A stretch of DNA of 64,000 bases. Origin: a bacterium. GTDB taxonomy: Bacteria > Lindowbacteria > 2-12-FULL-62-27. Shown one piece after another: positions 51,045-60,087 of this stretch (position 1 is its first letter; each line of letters begins with the position of its first letter). The stretch spans positions 71,714-135,713 of the forward strand of contig JACQOF010000127.1 in assembly GCA_016202645.1 (NCBI GenBank). The letters are read 5' to 3'. The notes under the pieces were generated by a model that saw only the letters and a program-made list of their open reading frames with translations, made no database searches and was not told the DNA's origin. The translations under genes and the position numbers were made by a program.

Positions 51045-53057
51045 CTAGGACTTGAGCAGAGTCCGCGCCTCCTCGGCCACCCGCTCGGAGGTAAAGCCGA
51101 ACTGCTTGAGCAGTTCCTTGAGCGGGGCCGACGCGCCGAATTCCCTTCGGCCGATGACAGCGCCGTCGGTGTAGATGCCCACGTAGCGGCGCCATCCCAG
51201 GGTCGACGCCGCTTCCACCGCGACGCGCTTGCGGCACGTGGGCGGCAGGACTTTCTGGCGGTAGGCCTCGGACTGCATCTCGAAAATCTCGTAGGACGGG
51301 AAACTCACCACCCGCGAGCGGACGCCCTCCGATTTGAGTTTTTCGTGGGCCTCGACGCAGAACTGGAGTTCGGATCCCGTCGACATCAAAATCACCTGCG
51401 GCGGGCCGTCCGAATCGGCGAGGATGTAGGCACCCTGGTGGAGGCCTGAAGCCGGCGCGTACTTTGCGCGGTCCAGGGTCGGCAGGGCCTGCCGGCTCAA
51501 AATCAGCGCGACGGGATGATTCTTGTTTTTCATGATCCATCGCCACGCTTCCGCGACTTCGTTGGCGTCGCAGGGTCTCAGCACCACGAGGTGCGGAATT
51601 GCGCGCAGTGAAACGAGGTGCTCGATCGGCTGATGGGTCGGGCCGTCCTCGCCGACGCCGATCGAATCGTGCGTGAAAATGTGCAGGACCGGCAGTTCCA
51701 TCAGGCTGGCGAGGCGCAGGGTCGGGCGGCAATAATCGGAAAAGATCAGGAATCCCGAGCCGTAGGCCCGCAGTTTGGAAATCGTCATCGCGTTCATGAT
51801 CGATCCCATGCCGTGCTCGCGGATGCCGAAATGGAGATTTCGGCCGCCGTAGGAACCTCTCTGAAAATCTCCGCCGTCCGCAATCCGGGTTTTGGTCGAA
51901 GGCGTCAGGTCCGCGGAACCGCCAACCAGCCACGGGACCTGTTTGGCAATCACCGCCTGGACCTTGTTGGAGGAATCCCGGCCCGCGAGGCCTTTGGGGT
52001 CGGCCGGAAAACTCGGAATGTCCTTGTCCCATCCGGCCGGCAATTCTCCCTTCTGCATGTGCTGGAACTCTTCGGCCAGGGCCGGATGCGCCTTCGCGTA
52101 GTCGGCGAACTTCCGGTTCCACTCCTCTTCCGCCTTCATGCCGCGATCGACGGCTTTCCGCATATGCGCCGCCGCCTCGTCCGGCACCAGAAACTTCGCC
52201 TCCGGCGGCCAGCCGTAGCGCTGTTTGGTCAGGCGGATTTCCTCATCGCCCAGGGGCTCGCCGTGCGCGCCCGACGTGTCCTGCTTGTTCGGCGCGCCGT
52301 ACGCGATGTGGCTGTCGACGATGAGAAGCGTCGGCCGTTCGGTTTCTTTCCGGGCCGTATCGAGGGCCCACGTGAGAAGCCCGAGGTCGTTCGCGTCGCC
52401 GACGCGGTGGACGTTCCAGTGATAGGCCATGAACCGGGCCGCGACATCCTCCGAGAACGCCAGCGACGTGTTGCCTTCGATGGTGATGTGGTTGTTGTCG
52501 TAAATCCAGACGAGATTGTTCAGGCCGAGATGCCCGGCCAGGGACGCCGCCTCGGACGAAACGCCCTCCATGAGGCACCCGTCTCCGCAAATGGCGTAGA
52601 CCCGGTAATCGATGATCTCGTGGCCGGGCCGGTTGAAATGGGCGGCGATCCATTTTTGGGCGATCGCAAATCCAACGGCGTTGGCCACGCCCTGTCCGAG
52701 GGGCCCCGTCGTCGTTTCGACGCCGGGGGTGATGCCAAACTCGGGATGCCCCGGACATTTGCTGTTCCACTGCCGGAAATTTTTCAGCTCGTCGAGCGGC
52801 AGGTCGTACCCCGTGAGATGCAGCATGCTGTAAAGAAGCATGGAAGCATGCCCGGCCGAGAGGATGAACCGGTCCCGGTTGGGCCAATTGGGATTTTTTG
52901 GATTGTGCCTTAAGAAGCGGTCCCAGAGCGTGTAGGCGACCGGCGCCAGCGCCATCGGCGTTCCGGGATGCCCGGAGTTGGCCTTCTGCACGGCGTCGAT
53001 CGAAAGCGTCCGAATGGTGTTGATGCAGATATCGTCAATGTTATTTGTCCCGTCCAT
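51045..53057 (-). CDS. tkt: transketolase
   Basis: [26 protein letters not shown], and a C-terminal Pyr/TK_C region. 670 aa. Confidence 0.95.
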   Translation of the reverse strand: MDGTNNIDDICINTIRTLSIDAVQKANSGHPGTPMALAPVAYTLWDRFLRHNPKNPNWPNRDRFILSAGHASMLLYSMLHLTGYDLPLDELKNFRQWNSKCPGHPEFGITPGVETTTGPLGQGVANAVGFAIAQKWIAAHFNRPGHEIIDYRVYAICGDGCLMEGVSSEAASLAGHLGLNNLVWIYDNNHITIEGNTSLAFSEDVAARFMAYHWNVHRVGDANDLGLLTWALDTARKETERPTLLIVDSHIAYGAPNKQDTSGAHGEPLGDEEIRLTKQRYGWPPEAKFLVPDEAAAHMRKAVDRGMKAEEEWNRKFADYAKAHPALAEEFQHMQKGELPAGWDKDIPSFPADPKGLAGRDSSNKVQAVIAKQVPWLVGGSADLTPSTKTRIADGGDFQRGSYGGRNLHFGIREHGMGSIMNAMTISKLRAYGSGFLIFSDYCRPTLRLASLMELPVLHIFTHDSIGVGEDGPTHQPIEHLVSLRAIPHLVVLRPCDANEVAEAWRWIMKNKNHPVALILSRQALPTLDRAKYAPASGLHQGAYILADSDGPPQVILMSTGSELQFCVEAHEKLKSEGVRSRVVSFPSYEIFEMQSEAYRQKVLPPTCRKRVAVEAASTLGWRRYVGIYTDGAVIGRREFGASAPLKELLKQFGFTSERVAEEARTLLKS

Positions 53058-53109
53058 ATCCGTCCAAACCTCCCCTGATCTGATGAACTACGGTCTACCG
53101 ATCATCTAT

Positions 53110-54468
53110 CTACCACTTGGATGGATCCTCCAGAGAAATCAGCCGCCAGCCGGCGCCCGTGTCGCCTTCCGATTTCCCGCGCTTCACAAACGTCGCGATC
53201 TCCGCGGTCGTGTCGCTTTCCACCCGGCCGTCCGTGTGGACCCGGGTTTCGGAGACGCGGCAGAGCGCGCTGACGGCGTCGAGCGCCAGAAACCGGAACG
53301 CGTCGAACTGCACGTCCGCCGTTATTCGCTCGGTGGCGGCGAACCGGTCCTCGTAAGACTTCTTAAATTCCTTATAACTTAGATTCAGCCATGACGACCG
53401 AAATTTCCGGTCGACGCGCGACATCATTCCCTCCAAGTCCCTGCGGCCCACGGCGGCGATCATTTCCCGCATGGCCGACTCGACTTGCGGGAAGTAGGTT
53501 CTATAGGTGTGGGGAAAGACCACCTTTTCGTATTCCTCGACGCCGGTTCGCAGCGGCGAGGCGCCGGGCGGAATGTCCTGCCGGGTCTGGACGAGGGCCC
53601 AGAGATCCCCAAGCTGGGCGATCCGGTTTTCGTCCACGGGATGGGATCGGAGAAACTCCGGAACAAATGACTGGTCCCGGCGGCCGAATTCCTGAAACAC
53701 CGAGATCACCTGGTCCGCCTGATAGCCGGCCTTGTAGGCATATTTCATCCCGAGCGCGTCGGACCGGAGCTCGTCGCCGCGGCCGAATGACATCATCATC
53801 AGGTTCCGGCCGATGTCGATTCCCAGCGGCATTTCGCGGCCCTTCGTAAAGACCGCCCAGAGCAGATCCGTCGCCATGCCGCCCTGCATGTGCTTCATGG
53901 AATGCCGCTCGACCACGTGGGATATCTCGTGCCCCAAGACACCCGCCAGTTCCGCCTCGTTGTTGAAGATCGTCAGGATCCCCCGCGTGATGTAAATCGT
54001 CCCGCCCGGGAGCGCAAAGGCGTTGATGAGAGGATCGTCGAGCACATAAAAATCGTAGGTGATGTCCTGCCGGTCCGCGAACGACGCCAGAGTCGCCCCG
54101 ATCCGCCGGACGTACGCGAGGAGATCGCTGTCGTCATAGAGTTTATATTGCTTGAGGACTTCCTTCTTCACTTCCTGCCCCAGTTTCTCCTCGTAACTTT
54201 TCGAAAAAAGCACGCCGCCGGTCGACGCCTCGAAGGGGTCCTTCTCGCGCCGGGACTTGCTCCGCTCGACTTTACCCGCGTGGGCGCAACCGGAAAAAAG
54301 AAGCGTGAAGGAGAGGATGAGAATTTGAACCCGGCGACAACGGAGGGAAGCTCTGTTGACTTCCTCCCCCTTGAGGGGGGAGGCAAGGAGGGGGTGAAAT
54401 GCTGTCGGCAGTGACCCCCCTCCCAACCTCCCCCTCAAGGGGGGAGGAGGGAAGACGCTGATATTCAT
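53110..54468 (-). CDS. M48-family zinc metallopeptidase, probable lipoprotein
   Basis: HEISHVVERH (HExxH), INAFALPGGTIYITRG and lipobox LLFSGC. The only canonical start after the purH stop is ATG 54468, which puts about 45 repeat-encoded residues ahead of the lipobox. Confidence 0.8.
   Translation of the reverse strand: MNISVFPPPPLRGRLGGGSLPTAFHPLLASPLKGEEVNRASLRCRRVQILILSFTLLFSGCAHAGKVERSKSRREKDPFEASTGGVLFSKSYEEKLGQEVKKEVLKQYKLYDDSDLLAYVRRIGATLASFADRQDITYDFYVLDDPLINAFALPGGTIYITRGILTIFNNEAELAGVLGHEISHVVERHSMKHMQGGMATDLLWAVFTKGREMPLGIDIGRNLMMMSFGRGDELRSDALGMKYAYKAGYQADQVISVFQEFGRRDQSFVPEFLRSHPVDENRIAQLGDLWALVQTRQDIPPGASPLRTGVEEYEKVVFPHTYRTYFPQVESAMREMIAAVGRRDLEGMMSRVDRKFRSSWLNLSYKEFKKSYEDRFAATERITADVQFDAFRFLALDAVSALCRVSETRVHTDGRVESDTTAEIATFVKRGKSEGDTGAGWRLISLEDPSKW
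54361..54450. repeat. 90-bp composite palindrome of the G/C-tract element family (two inverted halves)
   Basis: cctcccccttgaggggggagg (54363-83) and cctccccctcaaggggggagg (54428-48), flanking ggagggggtgaaatgctgtcggcagtgacccccctcc. Confidence 0.85.
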
Positions 54469-54470
54469 CG

Positions 54471-56000
54471 CTAGTGCCGGAAATGCCGGCGGCCGCTGAA
54501 GAAGAGGGCCAGGTTGTGTTTCCGGGCCGCCGCGACGACATCTCCGTCGCGCACCGACCCGCCCGGCTCGACGATCGATGTGATGCCGGATTTGGCCAGA
54601 AGTTCCACCGAATCGTGGAACGGAAAAAATCCGTCGGAGGCGCAGGCGGCGCCCTGCAGACTGTGACCGTAGCGCCGGGCCTTGTCCAGCGCGATTTTCA
54701 CGGAGTCCACGCGGCTCTGCTGGCCGGACCCGATGCCGATGGCCTGGGCGCCGCGCACAAGAACGATCGCGTTGGACTTGACGTGCTTGGCAAGGCGCAT
54801 CGCCAGGTCCAGGTCCTGCTTCGCGCTCCGGGATTTGGCGGAACCCGCCATCCGTTTCCACCGGGCCTGGGGAAGCACGCCCGCGTCCGCGCTCTGCACC
54901 AGGATGCCGCCGAGGACCGACCGGATCTGCAGACGACGGCCGGGATGGGGCATGTCGGCGGGACGGATTTCGAGGAGGCGGAGATTTTTTTTGGCGCCGA
55001 GGATTTTTCGAGATTTCGGGTCGTATCCGGGGGCGACGATCACTTCAAAAAACCGTTCGGCCATCTCCCGCGCCGCGCGCGCGTCCACGCGGCGGTTGAA
55101 GACCACGACGCCGCCGAATGCGCTTTGCGGGTCGCCGTTGAAGGCCCGCCGGAAAGCTTCGCCCGCGTGCCGCCCGACGCTCGCGCCGCAGGGGTTGGTG
55201 TGTTTGAGGATCGCGCAGAACGGCCGGCGCGGCGCGTCCGCCCAGAGCGAAACGGCCGCGTCGATGTCGAGGAGATTGCAGTACGAGAGAGGTTTGCCTT
55301 GGAGGACCTTGAAGGGCAGGCCGGCCGAGGTGATGGGAAGAAAAAACGAAGCGATCTGATGGGGATTTTCTCCGTATCGGAGCGACAGAGCCTCTTCCGC
55401 CGCTTCGAAATATAATTTTGGCTGCTGCCCGTCCAGCCGGGCCAGGCCGGCGCCCAGAATTTTCAGATCGTACTGCGCCACCGCTCCCCACGCAATGGCC
55501 GCCAGGCGGCGCCGGTAGTCCGGGGCGTCCGAGTCGTTCTGAAGAAAACGGTTCGCGAATTCCCCGTACTGGGACGGCGACACCAGGGTCGCCACTTGCT
55601 CGAAATTCTTCGCGGCCGCCCGGACCAGCGCGACGCCGCCGATGTCGATTTTGTCGGAGAGGTCTTTGTTCCCGGATTTGGGCGCGTCCGGGAAATCGTA
55701 GAAATTGCAAACCAGAAGATCAAACCGCGGAAACCGAAACCGGGCCAGGGTCCGGTCGTCCGAGGACCGCGCCAGAAGACCGGAGAAGACGGCCGGATGA
55801 AGCGTCTTCACGCGGCCGTTGAGAATTTCAGGAAATTTCGTCAGCGCTTCCACCCGCCGGACTTTCACGCGGTGGCCCGACAAAAGACGCGCGGTCCCGC
55901 CGGTCGCGTAGAGCCGGACGCCGTTCTGGGCAAGCATCTTGGCCAGGGGCACGAGGCCCCGGCGGTCGGAAACGGTCAGGAGCGCCGTTCGAATCGGCAT
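54471..56000 (-). CDS. purH: bifunctional AICAR transformylase/IMP cyclohydrolase
   Basis: N-terminal MGS-like ALLTVSDRRGLV...LYATGGTA, KTLHP, and a C-terminal ...GGSVRD...HFRH terminus. Confidence 0.95.
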   Translation of the reverse strand: MPIRTALLTVSDRRGLVPLAKMLAQNGVRLYATGGTARLLSGHRVKVRRVEALTKFPEILNGRVKTLHPAVFSGLLARSSDDRTLARFRFPRFDLLVCNFYDFPDAPKSGNKDLSDKIDIGGVALVRAAAKNFEQVATLVSPSQYGEFANRFLQNDSDAPDYRRRLAAIAWGAVAQYDLKILGAGLARLDGQQPKLYFEAAEEALSLRYGENPHQIASFFLPITSAGLPFKVLQGKPLSYCNLLDIDAAVSLWADAPRRPFCAILKHTNPCGASVGRHAGEAFRRAFNGDPQSAFGGVVVFNRRVDARAAREMAERFFEVIVAPGYDPKSRKILGAKKNLRLLEIRPADMPHPGRRLQIRSVLGGILVQSADAGVLPQARWKRMAGSAKSRSAKQDLDLAMRLAKHVKSNAIVLVRGAQAIGIGSGQQSRVDSVKIALDKARRYGHSLQGAACASDGFFPFHDSVELLAKSGITSIVEPGGSVRDGDVVAAARKHNLALFFSGRRHFRH

Positions 56001-56033
56001 GGGAGAAAAGTTAGCACGCCGCGCCGCAATTTT

Positions 56034-57317
56034 CTACTTGCCGGGCGGGGCGAAGTGGATCGTCGCCTCCAGCCGCCACCGGTCGTTTTCCTCGTAGGAG
56101 GACGCGTTCGTGCCGCCGCCGTCCCCGGAGAGGGCATCGAAGCCGGCGCGGAGTTCCAAAAGATCGGTCGCTTTCCAGGCAAGCTCCGTTGAGACAAGAA
56201 AAGCGTCGGGTCCCCGGGAGGTGTAGACGCCCGCAATCCGCAGGGACGTGAATTCGCTGAGATCGATCCGGGCATCTGCAAGAACCGACCCGGGCGCGGG
56301 GCGCTGGACGAGGGTCTGAAGAATCGTCCCGGGAGAACGCCTCGTGGAGTAGACGTGTTCGCCCGACCATTCCAGCGTCAGGTCCAGATCCCAGGTCTTG
56401 TAGAAATCCGTGTAGGACCGGCGGCCGCCAGCCACCGCCAAAAGGTAATCATCATCGTAACCGGATGGCGTCGACGTATACGCCGCTTCGACGTGAACCT
56501 CCCATCGCCCTTCGTCCACCAGACGCGCCGCATCAAGCCCGACCGTCCGCTTGTTCAGAAAAAGCGGCGTGACGAAAAGTCCTCCCGCGCGGGCGCCGCC
56601 CGCGACGTCATCCACCACGCGGGCGTAACTGGCGGAGACATCCCAGCCGGACAGGGGCAACGCGAGGCGAAGCCCGTACCCCGCATTCGCCGCGGTATTG
56701 GCCGGGAAGCGCACATCGAGCGGGACCGGAACCGTACCGTCCAGCAATGTCCGCCAGCGGGTGTTGACCCGGCCGGCCCGGCTGGGGCTGTAGACGGGAA
56801 GAAAAACAAATTCGACGGAGGAAACTCCGGCGCGTTTCGGATACCAGTACCCGCGGAAGCCAACCTGTCCGAGTCTTTGGGGATCGAGCAGATCCGCATA
56901 ATCGAAGGCGCCGAAGACATCCGTGGGATTGAGACCAACGGCATTGCCCCACGAAATCTTCTGTTTGCCGATCCGAAGGTCCACCTGTTTTCCGTAGACG
57001 TCGAGGTAGGCCTCCGCCACATTCACATTCGGCCGGCGCGCCATGCGGTCGTGGACCTGACTCAAAATCCCGGCGGAAAGACTGCGCTGGTCGCCGACCA
57101 CCTCCGGGGCAACAAACATTTCGACCCCACGCGCCATCTCCCGGCGCCCTTCAAACGCAAGCCGCCCCTCCATGAGCGCGTTTCCATCGGCGGCGGGATC
57201 CGCGTGGAGATAGGAGACAAAGCGACTTTCAAAAAATTTCGCCCGGACCCATGCGGCGGCGGGCGGCGGCCCGAATCCGGCTATCACGAGGACACACACG
57301 AACCATCGGAATCTCAT
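56034..57317 (-). CDS. putative outer-membrane beta-barrel protein
   Basis: ATG 57317 gives MRFRWFVCVLVIAGFGPPPAAA. The long alternating strand pattern is porin-like (...KISWGNAVGLNPTDVF...). The track N-extension MANSYQLMANGE is repeat-encoded. Confidence 0.55.
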   Translation of the reverse strand: MRFRWFVCVLVIAGFGPPPAAAWVRAKFFESRFVSYLHADPAADGNALMEGRLAFEGRREMARGVEMFVAPEVVGDQRSLSAGILSQVHDRMARRPNVNVAEAYLDVYGKQVDLRIGKQKISWGNAVGLNPTDVFGAFDYADLLDPQRLGQVGFRGYWYPKRAGVSSVEFVFLPVYSPSRAGRVNTRWRTLLDGTVPVPLDVRFPANTAANAGYGLRLALPLSGWDVSASYARVVDDVAGGARAGGLFVTPLFLNKRTVGLDAARLVDEGRWEVHVEAAYTSTPSGYDDDYLLAVAGGRRSYTDFYKTWDLDLTLEWSGEHVYSTRRSPGTILQTLVQRPAPGSVLADARIDLSEFTSLRIAGVYTSRGPDAFLVSTELAWKATDLLELRAGFDALSGDGGGTNASSYEENDRWRLEATIHFAPPGK

Positions 57318-57359
57318 CCGCTCCTGTGTAATTCTGCCGGTTTTGGGTGTCAATCTAAG

Positions 57360-57395
57360 TTCGCCATTCGCCATTAGCTGATAGCTATTGGCCAA
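57360..57395. repeat. single arm of the GC(T/C)ATTN heptamer element
   Basis: ttcgccattcgccattagctgatagctattggccaa, homologous to 44646-44681. Confidence 0.75.
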
Positions 57396-57421
57396 GAGCA
57401 GATTTATGGTAATATTGGGGC

Positions 57422-57865
57422 ATGAAGGACTATAAATCAGTTTTTAAGGAACTTGAAAATAACCTGATGTCCCTCAAGTGGTGGACCGAGAGCTGGACCA
57501 TCTACAACCGCGGCGTCTACATGCAGGTCGCGAAAGAAAACTGGTTCAACGACAACCAGGGCGGGATCCACTTCGAGACCTACGTCGAAAAAAACGAACT
57601 CGCCGAAAAACTCGTCCCGATCCACATGCACGTCGAGGACGAATTCCCCAAACAGGACGAATTCGTCCGGCTCTTCACCGAACGCGCGCGGCCCCAGATC
57701 GAAAAATGGAAAGGCTACAAAGTCTACGGCACCGGATACCTCATCTGCCAGCGCAAACTCCCGCTGGACCCCAAATCCCTTTCAAGCCGCCTCATCGAGG
57801 AATACTCCCGCCTCCGGGACCTCGAACCCCTCATCGACAAAACCATTGAGGATATTCTGAGCTAG
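57422..57865 (+). CDS. hypothetical cytoplasmic protein
   Basis: 147 aa with good coding composition. No family recognised. Confidence 0.55.
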   Translation: MKDYKSVFKELENNLMSLKWWTESWTIYNRGVYMQVAKENWFNDNQGGIHFETYVEKNELAEKLVPIHMHVEDEFPKQDEFVRLFTERARPQIEKWKGYKVYGTGYLICQRKLPLDPKSLSSRLIEEYSRLRDLEPLIDKTIEDILS

Positions 57866-57893
57866 GTGCAAAAGGACAAAAGCAAAAGGCAAA

Positions 57894-58950
57894 AGGGGTC
57901 ATTCCCTTAGTTTGTTAGTTTTGGAGGAATGTGATATGAGGAGACCATATGCCACGCGGTCCGAGGATTAGTTATCCACATGCGGTTTTTCATGTGATCA
58001 ATCGGTTTGTCGATCGTCATCCTTTTTTCACGGACAACGAGGACTATCGGCAATTCCTGGACGTTTATTTTGAAAACGCCGCAACCTTTGGTATCTGGAC
58101 GTATGCCTACGATCTTCTCCCAAATCATTTCCATTTTGTTATGGAGACGCCCTCGGGGGAGATTTCCAGATTTCTCCAGCGGTTTCTGACAAGTGCCGTC
58201 CAGAAGCTGAATCAAAGGCACAAACGCGTCGGACACCTGCTGCAGGGACGAACCAAGACCCTCCTGGTCCAGACGGATCGCTACTTCCACACAGTGATGG
58301 GTTATGCGTTGCTGAACGGCGTCCGGGCCGGATTGGCCAAGGACGTTTTCTCGGACACGCACAACAGCGTGAAGGAAATGCTGAATCCGCTGCGCAGCCG
58401 CCTGGCGCGAGGGCCCCTATGGGAGTATTTGTTCGGGCGCAAATTCGACTTGCGCCGAGTCCACTCGGAGATCCGTATGTGCCGCCGCTGGCTGAGCGAA
58501 TTGAATGTCGAGGGAAACGCCAAAGAATTTCGTCAGGGGCATCGTGGGTCGTTTTTATCTACTGCAGTTTATAGAGAAAAAGTCCTGCGCATGATTGAGC
58601 GAAGGAGGGATGAGACTGGACACAAGCATCGCAGAGAGACCGATAGACACAGGAAATCGTGGACTTGGCCGGAAATCAAAATTGCCGCGGACCGCGCCGT
58701 CGAAAAGAGCGCTTGGAAAGGGATCTGGAAAAATCGCGAAACAGCTGTTCGCCATATCCGCTGGTACATATCCATCGTGGGAGCGGGATGGACCTACGAG
58801 GAGACCTGCGAGCTCGAAGGGGCACACGGCAGGTCACATTCTCGACGGGCCGTTGCCATTCATGCCATCCGCAATACACCCAGGAAGAAAAACATTGCCG
58901 ACAGGGCAATCAGCCTCTGTCTAAACTAACAAACTAAGGGAATGACCCCT
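57894..58950 (+). mobile_element. RAYT-type element: Y1/HUH transposase gene bounded by perfect 28-bp inverted repeats
   Basis: aggggtcattcccttagtttgttagttt at 57894-57921 is the exact reverse complement of 58923-58950 (aaactaacaaactaagggaatgacccct). Confidence 0.8.
57949..58929 (+). CDS. REP-associated tyrosine transposase (IS200-like HUH/Y1, COG1943) with C-terminal HTH-like extension
   Basis: AVFHVINRFVDRHPFF, HUH motif LPNHFHFVMET, GHLLQGR, and catalytic-Tyr helix RYFHTVMGYALLNGVRAGL. The extra ~170 aa end in WTYEETCELEGAHGRSHSRRAVAIHAIRN, resembling a DnaA-C/Trp-repressor-type HTH. Confidence 0.8.
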   Translation: MPRGPRISYPHAVFHVINRFVDRHPFFTDNEDYRQFLDVYFENAATFGIWTYAYDLLPNHFHFVMETPSGEISRFLQRFLTSAVQKLNQRHKRVGHLLQGRTKTLLVQTDRYFHTVMGYALLNGVRAGLAKDVFSDTHNSVKEMLNPLRSRLARGPLWEYLFGRKFDLRRVHSEIRMCRRWLSELNVEGNAKEFRQGHRGSFLSTAVYREKVLRMIERRRDETGHKHRRETDRHRKSWTWPEIKIAADRAVEKSAWKGIWKNRETAVRHIRWYISIVGAGWTYEETCELEGAHGRSHSRRAVAIHAIRNTPRKKNIADRAISLCLN

Positions 58951-60087
58951 ACCCCACCTAAACCAATACTGACTGGGCTGGATCGGATTGAGGCAGGGGG
59001 GGCCCTAGATATCAGAGGGATGCGGGTTGGGCTTCTGGCGCATCCGGCCTCGGTGAGTTTGCGGCTTCGGCATGCAGCGGAAATTTTGCGGGAGGCGGCC
59101 GGGGTTCGGCTCACGGCGCTGTTTGCGCCCCAGCATGGGTGGTTTGGGGAGGCGCAGGACAATATGATTGAGGGGCGGTGTCCGCCGGAGGTGTTCAGTC
59201 TCTACGGGCGGCGGCGCGAGCCGACGGCGGCGATGCTGGCCGGAATCGATGCGATGGTGGTGGATCTTCAGGACGTGGGGACCCGCGTGTACACGTTTAT
59301 TCAAACGCTGTATCTGGTGATGCGCGCCTGCGCGAAATATCACAAGAAAGTAGTCGTTCTGGACCGCCCGAATCCCATCGGCGGATCCGTTGAGGGGCCG
59401 ACATTGGATCCGGCATACGCGTCGTTTGTGGGTCTCACGCCGCTTCCGCTTCGGCACGGCATGACGGTCGGAGAAATCGCGCGGTGGTATCGAAAAAAAC
59501 TAAAGACGGATTTGACCGTGATCGGAATGCGAGGCTGGCGCAAGACCATGTACTTCGAAGAAACGCGTCTGCCCTGGGCGATGCCGTCGCCGAACATGCC
59601 CGCCGTTGAAACCGCCGTGGTATATCCCGGGACGGTCCTGCTTGAAGGGACATCCGTGTCCGAGGGCCGCGGCACGACGCGTCCCTTCGAGATCATCGGG
59701 GCGCCGAATATCCATCCTGAAAAATTCGCCCGCGAACTTGAATCATACCGGCTTTCCGGCGTCCGGTTCCGGCCGCTGACGTTTCAGCCCACCTTCAACA
59801 AGCATGCCGGGAAAATTTGCGGCGGAGCGCAGATCCATGTCACCGACCGCCGGTCTTTCCGGGCGACCCTGACGGGCGCGGCGGTCCTCAAGGCCTTTCG
59901 GCGATTGGACCGGGGATTCAGATGGAAATCCCCGCCCTACGAATATGAAACCCGGAAATATCCGATTGATATTCTGGCCGGCACGTCGAGACTACGCCGG
60001 ATGATCGACCGGGACGCGCCGGTCAGCGCGTTTCGGGAGTGGTTTCTGGAGGACGCGCGGGCGTTCCGGCGATCGATCCGCGCCTGA
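58942..60087 (+). CDS. DUF1343-family protein (exo-beta-N-acetylmuramidase NamZ-like)
   Basis: TGLDRI...RVGLLAHPASV...DAMVVDLQDVGTRVYTFIQTL...VVVLDRPNPIGG...GLTPLPLRHGMTVGE. Its ATG lies inside the right inverted repeat of the RAYT element. Confidence 0.8.
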   Translation: MTPTPPKPILTGLDRIEAGGALDIRGMRVGLLAHPASVSLRLRHAAEILREAAGVRLTALFAPQHGWFGEAQDNMIEGRCPPEVFSLYGRRREPTAAMLAGIDAMVVDLQDVGTRVYTFIQTLYLVMRACAKYHKKVVVLDRPNPIGGSVEGPTLDPAYASFVGLTPLPLRHGMTVGEIARWYRKKLKTDLTVIGMRGWRKTMYFEETRLPWAMPSPNMPAVETAVVYPGTVLLEGTSVSEGRGTTRPFEIIGAPNIHPEKFARELESYRLSGVRFRPLTFQPTFNKHAGKICGGAQIHVTDRRSFRATLTGAAVLKAFRRLDRGFRWKSPPYEYETRKYPIDILAGTSRLRRMIDRDAPVSAFREWFLEDARAFRRSIRA

